Positions 26,583 through 39,868 of a stretch of 64,000 bases of DNA are shown here, piece after piece. A program made the position numbers and the translations under genes. The first letter of the stretch is position 1; each line of letters begins with the position of its first letter. The notes below the pieces were generated by a model. The model was given only the letters and a program-made list of their open reading frames with translations. It was not told the DNA's origin and did no database searches. Source of the stretch: Trichoplax adhaerens (lineage: Eukaryota; Animalia; Placozoa); contig NW_002060963.1 of the NCBI RefSeq assembly GCF_000150275.1, positions 529,262 through 593,261 on the forward strand, written 5' to 3'.

Positions 26583-29549
26583 CTATAAGTACGACAATAA
26601 TGTAGCTATCTTTGGCCGATCAGGCGGAGTTTTGCTACAATATACAAGAGTCATCTCGCCATTGGAACCAATAATAAAGTCTCCTCCCATCTATGTGTAG
26701 ATAAAGTGGTTAGAATTTATTTCCTTAATGTAGAATTTCATGATAGCTATTGTCAGAAGTACAGATACAGACTTAAGGTTTTAATCCCTAACTTATTACA
26801 ATGACTTACTTGATTTGGATCGTCATCTTTTACCATTTTATATAAAGATCGACCGCAACATTTCTGCTCAGCATAGTATGTCATAGTTGTTGTAGACCAA
26901 ACCTTTAACAGAATCCATAGGTTAATAACTGCAAATTATTGCCAATTCGATTATTAAGATATATGGCTTTATAGAACACAAGATTACGTCATGCGTAAGC
27001 TACAAAGATTACGAATCAAGCTGTATAACAAATACATGATACCTTAGCGACGGACTGTCTTAAACCGAATGCTTCATATATCTGTATTGTTAAATAAATA
27101 AATGATTTCTTCTTATCAACTTAATAGAAATTATAAGTATTATCATTTATTTTTACAGGCTATGTAAAGAGTATACAAAATATTTCTTTCGATAGATACA
27201 ACGCCAGATGTGGATACTAGTGACCTAATTTTTACTTTGAACGATTACATAATCTCAGTGAGTAACAACTACTATTTAGCGGCCAGAGATTTGACGATAG
27301 AGTAATACCTTCCTATCGGAATCCATTAGCATCGGATAAGTGGCTTGAGTTTCTTCAAGCCATTGTAAAGCACCAGCCTATCAACATAAATTAAAACACG
27401 TCATTTGCACAGGCTTTGACAAGATCAAGCTATCTTAAGACATACCTGAGAACCAAACGTGATCAAAATAGTCTTTGTATTAGCAGCATCAAACATAGCC
27501 TAGGGAAATAATTCAAACAAAAATTAGCAAGGTAAGCTATATGCTGATATGAATGTATTTAGGTATCAACCTTTTACTGATCATACTACTCTAATATTAT
27601 TTTCTTTTATAAGGAATGTTCTTAATACAGTTATCAGCAATAATTCAACAACTATAGCACTATCACCTGATTCCGCTGTAGTTCGGCTACGTGATCACGT
27701 CAGGGCAGTCACGCAAAGTGTCTCAAAAGAATTAACAGCAATGATTTTCCACTTTCCATGAAATCTGATAAATTTACTTGGCTGAAATCCATCAAATGAT
27801 ATTGTTAGATCAGAAAATTATGCAAGATCCAATGGTATGTTGTATTCATTTCCAGTACTCTATCTAACAAGATGATTTATGAATATTGCATGAACTTTCG
27901 TATCTCTAACCTAGATGTACGAACATCGATCAATGGAACATGCAATGGTGCTACAGATCCGACAGTAGAACTAGATTGAGGCAATCCATCACTCTTATTG
28001 TGGTCCATTTTACGATCAACGTCTTTTAAAAAAGTGTTCCAGTTATCCTATGAGGTAACCCAAAATTTATTAGTAAAAATTGCGTAGATAATTAATGAAG
28101 TATTTATTTTATGCTGTTAAAACTTTATGCTATATCTAACTATTAGTACCATTTAGGACCAGCCTATTGAATTTGATATCATGTAATGTTATTATTCTTA
28201 CTTCGACGTCAAATAATTCATCTACGGCATCACGAACTTCAGGAATCCTAAAACATTTCAGTATCTCTATTAAAGACTTCCTAAATTTAGACTGCCGTAT
28301 GCACAATAAGCGGGATAATAAAATAATATCAATTTGGAAAGATATAACAAGCTTTATACATATTCTGCGGGATAGGATAACAGGTATTAGTCCCTATGTA
28401 TTGCATTCACTGATATGACAGCTATATCTACATACGTAAATCCCAACTATACAAACGTTAACGACAGATATTTTATAAGAAACACGATAGCTACTAATTT
28501 TAAAGGTCAAGAGGCGGTTAAGGGTTAGTAGAATAGCTTGAGAGAATCTAGTAATATATCTATTACAATAACATTTGTTCGAATAAACTTAATGTGTTAG
28601 GATAAAATTAATTACAATATCCGATAAATTACCGATAATTTTCTTTGCATGTATTTTGCAGATCTAGGTGGGACTTTACAGATAATCTGAGTGTAGGCAA
28701 GAATTTATCAATGTTTGTATAAGAAATAGATTTATCCTTAGATAATAACATAATTTAACGGCTTCAGGTAGCCCTATAAAGTGCAAATATCTACTACTGT
28801 ATGCTAGGCATATACACAGTTCTACGTGTATGTATACTATTTTCATTAGCATAGGAGTAATTAAGCTATAACAAGAAGCTAGATTACTTTTTAATGCAGA
28901 ACTAAACTAAGTTAAATGTTTCCAAATTCGAGAGAAGTTGATAGCTGTAATTCATACTGTTTCTGTGCATAAATTATTACAGTCTAACTGACAATTTTTT
29001 TCTATGTTTAACCTGTACCTATTAAATGCTTCAGCATAAAGTCCAATAGCGGCTCCTAACTTATTGACATGATTATTTACAAAATCCCCAATCGACTCTA
29101 TTAAGGTGTAAAATAATAGAAAAGATGATTTATGCATGTTGTCTAATACGTTTCACAATAATGGAACATTATTGATCATAGACAATTACTTGGCTAGTAA
29201 AATGCTGGTAAATCTCTCTTTCTATACTAAATAAAAACTTCAGTGCTAATTTTATATATCATATCGATGATGAGAATTACTATTAACACTTTACTATTTA
29301 CCTTTATAATACTGCTTGTATACTGTATAAAATTACAGTAGATAGACAACGAAAGATGGCAAGTTTTACTTCAATACAGTAATAGCACATAATTATCGTC
29401 TACGATACTTTATAATAACTCAAGCAATAGCATATTATATACACACCAATGATTGAGAACTTTTCTTGAACTCCTGCTAACGTTTTATTTAATCCTTCAG
29501 CTAGCTGTTGTACTTCCTGAGCTATCTTACATGCCGTATCGGATGCCAT
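26583..29549 (-). CDS. SELENOL: Selenoprotein L (thioredoxin/AhpC-like fold, UxxU motif), 11 coding exons, 298 aa
   Basis: Phase-consistent GT-AG exons 29549-29447, 29097-29019, 28686-28633, 28247-28202, 28047-27911, 27781-27667, 27499-27446, 27377-27309, 27081-27043, 26902-26810, 26690-26583. Translation includes LLLILLRHFA-TGA-LP-TGA-RDHVAEL, ILITFGSQAGALQWLEET, DSDRKIYEAFGL and DDPNQMGGDFII...SKTPPDRP. SECIS is present downstream. Confidence 0.93.
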
Positions 29550-29790
29550 GTTGTAATGGCATCCGCCTGCTACTATAGCCCCTTTTTTCAACTTCAATCC
29601 AGTACAGATAATCCTACAAAATCAAGACACTATCTAAATCATCGCTTGCATCAATAAGCTACTAATCATAACATTTTAGACCTAAGCTTTACCTGGAAAC
29701 AAGATTAGTTTGCAAAGATGCAGTAAATGGAGCTCGGTCTGGAAAGGAAATTATTAATTTATTCTATACAGAAGCCTTTTTGTTCGCGCT

Positions 29791-29804
29791 CGATGACGTC
29801 ATCG
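29791..29804. promoter_or_regulatory. CRE/ATF palindrome upstream of selenoprotein L
   Basis: Perfect 14-bp palindrome CGATGACGTCATCG containing TGACGTCA, in a CpG-rich patch ~240 bp upstream of the SelL ATG. Confidence 0.45.
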
Positions 29805-30051
29805 CGAAAGAGTATGGATAGGCTGTGTTTTAAACATGAGCAACGGGTCATAATGTAACCAATAGCTGACGATATTTCGAGTTTTTAGGTTATTGTACCA
29901 TGAGATCAGTGTCTAAAACAGTGCTCAAGCTCATAGTACATAGACTAGCAATAAATTTTTCTTCTCGTATCGAACAAGCGTTCCAATAATGTAGAGTCTG
30001 TAATAAAGTACGCCTAGTCAGACAGACAACAGACAGACTAGACAGTACCGC

Positions 30052-30065
30052 GTTGCTATAGAGAT
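30052..30065. promoter_or_regulatory. Candidate RFX X-box upstream of KIF6
   Basis: GTTGCTATAGAGAT has a strong GTTGCTAT half-site and a degenerate second half, in the divergent SelL/KIF6 intergenic region. Confidence 0.4.
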
Positions 30066-31563
30066 TATTGCAGTAGCAGTGTACAGTAGCAGATCTGGAT
30101 TTTGTGACATAAAAATATTGTTATTATTCATTGATCTATTGTTGCTACTGTGCGAGTATAAAGTAATAGAAGCAATAGCATTCAGTAAGACCACCTGTAT
30201 AAGTAGGAGTAAATAGATTCGTGTATCAAATGACAACTTAATGCTTGTCTGCAATGATTTGAACTGAACTTTTAACAGTGCTAATTGTACGTACACGATA
30301 TACTGTATATTTGAGTTCGAGATTTACTACGCTAAAATCGAGATCGACTCCATGCAGTAGCGTAATTCCTGCTCAAAATCTGCACACGAAGTAATAAGGC
30401 TGATAAGAAGTAGCTTTGGTGCATGATATAGGAGTCAATTACCTACTTCTTTTAGTGCCATGATCTGCTAATGTCAAGTTATGGCGCATTTTAGTAGAGC
30501 ATACGCGAATATTATGCACAGGAATAATAATCTTCTAATAAATTATATTTGAAGATATTAAACAGAGGCAACGAATCATATTTCTAGTAACCTATATTTA
30601 GAATTATACTTTTCTTGCCATATGTACCATCCAGTATTATTGGGGATAAAACGAAGACATAGTTTGGCATAAGCGCGAGACGTATATCAATTCCAATTCG
30701 ATATTTCTCTACATATGCAGTACTGAAAAATCTTACTCCCAATAGTTAGTTATTTAACTGTATGAATAATCAAGCCACTTACTATTAACAGTAAATAAGT
30801 ACCACAGATGTGTAAGCCACAGCATTCTTAATATTTACTATATCACAATATTATATGTTATACGGACATATCTCAAATTAAACGGTTAATACAGCATCTT
30901 AGCAGTAATGGTTTTTATTATCGACGACTGTAATAGACAACTCCTCAATAATAATACGTATATTAGACTAGATTAATATCTAGATCTTATCAGCTAAATG
31001 AATAAAGTGCTTAAGTGCTAACCCACTTCTTTACGTGCGAATATACAGTATGGTACTACTATGTCTATCTATTGTGAAGATAGCACAGAACTACACTACA
31101 CCGTAATATAACTGCGATCTAAGCGTAAAGGGTGAGGAAAGATTTATTGTACTATATGGTACAGTATGTTTAGCAGGCAATACATTGCGTATCATTACTT
31201 GTATGCGATTACTCACTTAGGTGCAGCACTCAAAATACACCCACCAATATATATTTTAGTATAATAAATTAAACTAGTTGCAAGCTGCTGCTGGCTTTTC
31301 AAGCGACTGCTAGTTATTTCGTTAATTCAGTAACGGTCCATTCTATAGCAGAAATAATTAAGCGGTATACAGTAAAAAGCAATTATGACCATTAGAATGT
31401 TATCAGCTGATTACGATTACTTTCTAGCCTTGAACTATTGCTGTTAAGCACGGTTTCTTGTGTGATATACTATAGGCTGCCTAAAATTAATCGTGTATAG
31501 TTAGTTTAGGGTAGAGTATATTATTATTATTTATGAAAGAATTGCAGAAAGGTTAGATAAACC

Positions 31564-34500
31564 ATGGTGAAGTATGGTATTCAAATCTATTCTCGAATTA
31601 AGCCAACCCGAGCAAAGGCTGAGGCAAGCGAATATACATTCTAATTTAAGAATAAAATAATCTTGTTGCTGGATATTGAATCATGGATAAGACGTATATT
31701 CTGATAATGAAGCTAATTTACACTCAGCTTGAATACATCAGAAGTATTGATTATCATCTTGTAACTTTCAACCTACATTCGTATGTTAAGAAATCTAGCA
31801 AATCATTTTCTGCTTGCACTGTTACACCATTACTAATTTCAAATTATTATTCTACCACTTCGTAACCAAATGGAGATGATTTGATAAAATTTAAATCCTG
31901 GATAGTGATATTAAATAGGATTTCTTTATGACACATATAGGCGTATGAAATAACCGAAAAGGAAGATTCAGGATCTGCGATTGTGACTTTTCCTGTATCC
32001 AAAGATGCTGCTGAAGGATTTGTAAACAATAAACGAGATAATTTTAGATTTAAGTAAGGATGAGCGATGACTATCTATCTAAGTAACCTAAGCCTGTTCC
32101 CGCTGTAATGGAAAAATACATTGCTTTTAATTCATGTCATATTTAAAAGACTGTGCAATAGCACTGTACAATTACATAGAACATAACTAGATAATGTAAA
32201 ACAGTGTATTAAATTATCAAATAAGATAGGCATATTTCGTATGGTGTAGAGTTTACAGAGGAAACTATTATACAGAACCAGATGGTATTAAGGAAACCAT
32301 TTACGTAGAATATGATAGAAATAAGATTATAGACAATGAAAATATATTCTGATAGAAGAAAATTTCTCATTTTATTTATTTCTAGATTTAATAAAATATT
32401 TGATCAAAACGCCAAGCAGGAAGAAGTATTTGAATATGTAGCCAAACCAGTCTTACAAAAGTAAATAATATTCAAATTGAATTATAAACTTTAGGCCACC
32501 CATTTACGAAAGTAAATGTACAGTAATTAATAGATTGGAAAGTTAGTGTCAGCTGTAATGATGGCAGTTCCAACCTAGACTAAATGTTAAATATCTTTTG
32601 TAATCCGTTTATCATCGCCGTTAGTGCCGATAGCTTCATAACAAATATATTCTTCTTTGATGATAGCGTTCTGTTAGGTTATAATGGAACTGTATTTGCA
32701 TATGGACAGGTAAATGTAGTATTTGTGAATACAAGTATCGTCGGTATACAGCTCTACGAATGATTTCTAACGTTATTCTACGTCTAACAGACAGGATCTG
32801 GCAAAACTTTTACGATTACTGGAGGGGCTGAACGATATACTGATCGAGGTCTCATTCCGAGGACAATATCATACCTATTCCAAGAATATCAGAAGGTAGT
32901 GGACAACCAATCGAGATCACATTAAAGTTTCCCTGTTTTAATTGATCAATAGCTATGATATTTTCATAGCGGCAGATTAACTACTTCAATCTACTCTAGC
33001 AGTCGAGCCGGTAGTTATTTTATAATTTATATTGCACAAGTATTTAATGCTAAATCTTAAGTTTGTATTTCTGAACTGTTTTTGATTAATGATACGCTTC
33101 GATTTCAGAATGTCGACTCTGAATATACTACTCATGTTAGTTACCTTGAAATCTACAATCAGTGCGGCTACGATCTTTTAGATCCGAGGCACAACGCTTC
33201 TAAACTGGAAGATCTACCGTAAGTAGTTTTGCAATCTGGATCTGATACGAATATATCTAGTGATTTAGTTTAATTAAATAGTCAATTTTTAATCTTATTG
33301 ACAATTATGCCTTATATTTACTTGGTAACTGTAGCAAAGTTAGCTTACTGGAGGATAATAATAGCAATATCCATTTAAAAAATCTATCCATTCATCAAGC
33401 CAATAGCGAAGAAGAAGGTAAGTGAAGTATATTTTATTTAATATCAATTTATTGATATTCTTTCTGATTTTTAGACAAACTTTTCTGAAGCATTTGACCT
33501 AATAGTCAATCATAACTTACAGGATAAAGTCCTCATTATTTGAGATACACGCTTAGTTTACTTTATTTTATTCATAATACTCGTTCTATTTTCATTTATA
33601 AAGTGCTTACATTAATTAATTAGTTGTTGTCGTCTAGTTTCTGACCTTCCATCAAGATTATAGATAAAAATTCTAAAATCTGCATTAGCAATGGTGCAAA
33701 TTGAATTTGTTTTCACCTTTGTTTGCCGTATAAACAGGGCGCTAATTCAAACTGCACTCTGCGATTAAACTACTGTTAATAAAATTGCATTATATCGCAA
33801 ATTCATTCCCATTTCCTAGTCTTCTTCTCTTTTCAATGCTTGTATTTAGAATGAAAATCTTGGAATTCAATCATTTCCATACAGTCTTGTATTGATCTTG
33901 TACAATTTTCGCCTACGCAATGCGAAAAATTTCTATTTCTACTTGGTGCATTCTTTTTACGTTGGTGCCTATTAATATGCTAGATTGAGTTCTTTCACAT
34001 CAGTAGCTTAAATTACAGATAGATACAGTTAATAAATAGCTACCAACTGTCTTTTGCTTTTTTACGCCTTCATACTCTCGTTTGAAGAGAAATAAATCCA
34101 AGGATTGTAATTATTTGACGTATATATCAGTAGCTTAAATTAGAGACAAGTAGACGCTATAAATAATAATATCAAATCTCTTTCCATTTTATAGCTTTAA
34201 ATTTGTTATTTTTGGGAGATACGAATCGAATGATTGCCGAGGTAAGGCCTATAAGATTAAAATAAGCATATTCGAGATCGCAAGCTTATACAACTCAAAG
34301 ATTGCAAGGACCACTTTGTTTTCTAGACATGCAATAATATTTTTGATTTCAGACGCCCATGAATCAGGCATCAACTCGTTCCCACTGTATATTTACAATT
34401 CATATGTCTATTCGAGAAACTGGCTCGGATACAATTAGGCGATCAAAATTTCACCTAGTTGATTTAGCAGGGTAAGTCGTCCATTCTGCTTTCATCATGG

Positions 34501-37500
34501 CGTTCAATTAGAGATTTAGCTGCTAGTACAGGAAAAGTAGATATACACAATGGAACTCATTCCACTCTTGATTTGGATTCTTTAGATCCGAAAGAGTAGC
34601 AAAATCTAACATTGGAGGAACCATTCTAACTGAAGCCAAGTACATTAATTTATCCTTACATTTTTTAGAACAGGTAACGTTACTCTTCCATACCTTAGCA
34701 TTCGCTATACAATCATTATCCTTTATGTCCTCTAATCCTGCTGATGACTATCCTATTCTTTCAGGTTATTATCTCGCTATCTGAAAAATCAAGAACTCAT
34801 ATCCCTTATAGAAATTCTATGATGACATCAGTATTGAGAGATAGGTAAGCTTATGATTATCATTCTATCTTGTCACTGGCAGGTGATAAAGATCGATCCT
34901 GCTTAAGTCAACAAAATGCAGTTCAATCCTACTACTATAAATTACAATCTGTCTTGTCCATTTGTTATAGTCTTGGTGGAAACTGTATGACATCGATGAT
35001 AGCAACTTGCTCGGTAGAAAAGAAGAATTTAGACGTAAGGAGATTATTTCATTTGTATCTATACGGTAGCTATGGGTAATTTATATACGAATATTTATTC
35101 ATATCATATCCTAGATAATGCTATGGTATAAAATAAGATCATTTAGTTATAGTAATTAATGCTTATCACTCCAATGTCATGCTATTAATTGGACAAATTT
35201 TTATAGGAAACGATTACTACGTGTCGATTTGCGCAGAGAGTGGCATTAATTAAAAACGAAGCATTATTAAATGAAGAAGTCGATCCAAAATTGGTATTTA
35301 ATAATTCTATGGGCTATATATATTCTATAGAAAGATATGCATGTCTCCTAACTTATTTTTACGTTTCATTTTAATCCCATAAAGATGGTAGTTCGATTAA
35401 AGAGCGAAATTCAACGACTAAAGGAGGAATTAGCTATTGCTACGGGAAATCAATCAACCGATCCACTAGTTGAGCAAGAGATTGATAGGTAATTAAGTAA
35501 ATTGTGCTGATACTGGAGAGAAATGGACAGTTTTGCATTCCTCCTTAGTTATATCTTCTGCTTTAATTTCCAATTTATGTTTAATTTTAATCTTTCTGTA
35601 ATTATTAGGTGCCGTGCTTTAGTGGACTCCTATATTGCCGACTCCGATCCTGAAGCAATATTGAGTGTAGGAGGTGATATGCGAAAAATTACTTTGTGCT
35701 ATAAAATCTTTAAGGATAAAGTTCTGCAAGGAGGCCCCTCCAAAAGGTATGCAAAGAATTATATACATATATTTGAATTTGTGCTAAGCTTGATCGCCTT
35801 TACGGTGGTATATTGACCTGGATCTGTTAGAAAAGGGCACATTATATGTTCCAATCATATCATGGATACTCTATACCGTATTGAGACCCATTTTCATTTC
35901 TTAAATTTCGTTTATGTACATGATGATGACTTAGTAGTAAATTATATTTATTTCATAGTGGGGATAACACCCAAGGAGAAAATGAAGATGATGAAATGCC
36001 AGTAAACTCCGCTCGAACATCGAAGGAAGTTCAACGATTGACTGATTTATTACAGCAACGTGATAATGAAATTAGTATCCTTTTCACATAGTCAAATATT
36101 GCAATCAGAACGGGTTTTCTTTTCTAAATAGTTAAAGCATAGCGACTTCTTGCATTTTACATACAACTTTTCAGTAATTCAATAGTCATACTTCGAGCTC
36201 ATTCAACCTTAACGAAAAAATTTAAAACGCAGACATTCTTGTAACAATGCTAAAGAAAGAGAAACAGCGAGCAGCGGTAGCTGTTGCTCATTCTAAAACA
36301 AAAATTGAAAGCGATACAAGTCCACGAGATAGTAGAATAACGCAATCGAAATCTCTAGATACAAAACAGTATCACCACGAGGAGTCCCGTGCAAGCTATC
36401 GAAAAGAGACTAAACATGAAAGGTCGCCATCGAACGAAAAGCAAGCGGAGCCAAGGCATAACCGGATATACGGTAAAATTATCATTCCGATTTGTTGCAT
36501 TTCATCTATAGCTGCGATATGTCGCTCAACTTCTGTAGTAGTACAGCGTAACTTTCATCAACTAGTAGTGGTACGATGATTGATCTCTAGCCTTTGCACG
36601 AATTAATTGTCGATAATTCTATTTCCTAGCTTAAACTGTAAAGTTAATAAACGACATACTACATGATTAGAAAATTTTAATCTCTAAAATCTCTTCATTT
36701 TATCCGCCTTTTATGTAGGAGACATGTCGAAAGGAAGACAAGAAGCATTTGACATTTTCCGTCGAGATTACGCTAATAACTCTGCTATTGATGACAAGAA
36801 ACGAATATTGAAACAAAAGTAATTAAGATAGAGAGTAAAAATTAACGCTATAGAATGATACTATTGAAATTTTTATTTTTACTCTGCTTACAGTATATGA
36901 CATATTGATTTCTATAACTAGATATGCCGAAGCTAAAGCTCAAGGAGAAGCATTAAATGATTGTAAAATGCAGATAAGTAAGTCTTCTACGTAGATATTT
37001 TAGGCATTAATTTAATAAATGTTGGCCTCTGAAGTGCGCTGTCATGATGATAGAATAAGTTTTAATACTTGATTAATGAATTGTCTGACCTTAAAAGACA
37101 ACTGTAAGCAACAAATTGAAAAATATAGAATCGGAAAAGCCATGAAAGGTAAATAGTGAATTATCTTCTCTAAATGAAAATACTTAATTAGTGTTGATCA
37201 GAGAGTAATAATCATTTATTTACGGGAATTAGGATTGAATGGTCGTGAGATAAATAGTGCAGATTTGGAAGATCAGGAGCAGTTTCTACGCGATAAATTA
37301 CAGGCTGAAAAATCGCGGTACATATCCCTTCTTCATCGCGGAAAAGATAACTTTCGTTGTGCAGAAAATAATCATATACAATAAGACTAACACTGTTTTC
37401 TTTAATGATGATAGATATAAGGATATATTTGGCCATCTGAAGGTACTGAAAACCGAAATTGAGCATTTACAACATCTATTAGACAAAGCTAGATTGAAAT

Positions 37501-38365
37501 TACAGCAAGATTTCGAGGTGTGGTGGCAGAAACAGACACAATCTCAAGGAATTCAACAGGAACAGCCTGTGGAAGTTAGTGATGAATATTACCATGCAAT
37601 GGCAGTTCTACTAGCTTACTTAAATTTTATTTTCAACGGAGATTCCTTCAATATTCTTAACGTATTGATGCTATCAATATCAAATTAAACGGCTTAAACT
37701 TTTAGACCATGTCATAAATTATTCTCTTTACTCTCTCGATTTCTAAATATACCATTCTCATCGTTTATAGCCCCCTCCTAAATCACGTTCTGTCTGGAGA
37801 ACACCAACACCTAATAAGCACGACTATCAACCGAGAAGTAAGGAAGCAAGGAGCAACGAAAGAAATGCCGGTTCTTCCAGAAATTCACAGGAGTTTATGG
37901 ATAGTTATACGCACGGCTATTCGCCAAAAAATAAAGAAGTCAAGAGTCATGAAAGAACTGCTAATTCCTCAAGAAATTTACATGAAATTCTAGATAGTTA
38001 TACACGTTCAAGTGAGATGACCAGGTTAGACCTTTAAGAAGTAAATTTGTAAATGAATAAATGAGTCCGATTAATGATGGGTTGATAGATGCAATGAAAT
38101 TATTTAATCTCCATCAGGAAGCAAATCCAGCAAAAATCGATTCCCATGACCGGCGATAAAGAGGCGGATGCAGATATTTTAGCATTTATGAAAGCTAAGC
38201 AAGATCTTGCACGTGCTAGAGGTATAGGCAACCTAAAACGCAATAGAATTATTCTTGATGCACAGTATTAATTTAATGTCCTACTATCTACTGCGGTATT
38301 TTTCGGCACAATCATTATTGACTTACATTATTATTTTTAATTGTCTAGGGTTATTTGGTAAATAA
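31564..38365 (+). CDS. KIF6: Kinesin-9 family motor KIF6, ~20 exons
   Basis: [61 protein letters not shown] (P-loop), [82 protein letters not shown], and C-terminal IPMTGDKEADADILAFMKA. These match KIF6 rather than KIF9. Confidence 0.93.
31624..31940 (+). other. GC-AG intron (KIF6 first coding intron)
   Basis: Exon 1 reads ...KPTRAKAE, then GAG|GCAAGC. No GT occurs between this point and the in-frame TAA, and the next exon starts in phase 0 at 31941 (AYEITEK). Confidence 0.75.
36075..36232 (+). other. U12-type (minor spliceosome) GT-AG intron in KIF6
   Basis: 5' site GTATCCTTT, branch site CCTTAAC at 36207-36213, no polypyrimidine tract before the CAG. Splicing restores [17 protein letters not shown]. 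Confidence 0.88.
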
Positions 38366-39868
38366 AAGCAATTGTGTGTATTATCGGATGTCTGACTGAT
38401 TGCAACCTCTTTCAAGATTATTGCATTTCGAACAATTATAAAATGTTGCATCTTTTGCAGCTCTGACGTAGTGTACACTGCCAATCAGTTAGGTATATCA
38501 GTCTAATAATTATTTCCATAAATTAAAAATTTCAAACGGCTGTCTCCATTTCCAGTCTATGTACTAAATGAAGGCTTACACCCCCTATTCTAAAGCGAGT
38601 TTTTCTATCGATGCCAATAGGATACGCTGTAAAATTATCTAATTGAATACAATTAATATATCTATCATCTATAAAATCAGCAATGTATCATAAATTGTGA
38701 TTTTTCATCATTTTATCATTTCCAAATAATATCAACGTTAATCATAATTTAATTATAAGCAAAGAATATTCATATTCTACGTATTTTTTGATTGATACTA
38801 AATTAAATCAGTCATACTGTTGTGTAAATCGTTATGGCTACTAAATTTTTAAGTTTTGTAAGGATGCCTAAAACTTATTTAAAGGATGACCATCCATCAT
38901 ACGGTATGTTAGAATGCACACACAGTCCTACACAATGTCAGCACATTATTAATAGTTTTTTAACGCAACCTATTCCAGAAGCTAGTTTTCAGATTGCCAT
39001 CAGTTATATCATATGCACTCCACTACTAACCGCTATGAGACTACATTAACGTAACACATTCCATATTCCAGAAGCTAGTTTTGAGATTGTTAATCGTGAT
39101 ACTACATACAACACATCCAACTCTAATAAATCTCCTGATTCGTATCGTTTTACGCTATTACTTGAATTTGTTGAACTAAACTGAGTATCACTGCCTCCTC
39201 ACGTTACTATCTACCGTGTCAAAAGCATGATATAATCAAGGATCACGATAAATCACACCTAGTACTCACTACAATATTTAAATAAACTCGTTTATTCCGA
39301 TTAACAATTTCTGTGACTATTTTATCTTTTACTATCCATACATCTATATACATTTTAAACTGTACCTTAAAATTAACAAATCGTAGCACTTTCGATAGCT
39401 AAACTTTAAATGGATAATTCAAACATGGATGATAACAGTTTCTTAATCTTATGCTGATGAAATTATCAAGTTTTTCATATATTCACAAAAACAGAGTTAT
39501 CAATGCCAACTAAGTCATGCTATACATTTATCAATGAAAGCAAGAACGTTGTAACGACTTATGCACGTTATGGGCTAAAAAATTGTCGTAAACTAGTACT
39601 ACTAATTACAGTAAGATTTACCGGGTATAAACTCTTATGTTGAGTCAGTAACATTAATATTACAGTAAAAAATATTCAATAATATATTACCTAAAAACGC
39701 CAGACACGATTGATGAAACGCATTAAGTCGTTCAGTAACAGCTACCCGTCAAGTTTATCATATGGTCTGATTCTTAAGACCACTTATGAAACCATCAAGT
39801 GTATAGTCAAATATCTTAGCGTTGAATTTCATGACAACCAATTCGCATCTTAAGGTGCATACCCTATA

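Noticed and set aside
38972-39089. 26-bp direct repeat TATTCCAGAAGCTAGTTTT(C/G)AGATTG between KIF6 and APLF
   Set aside because: Simple local duplication with no element hallmarks.
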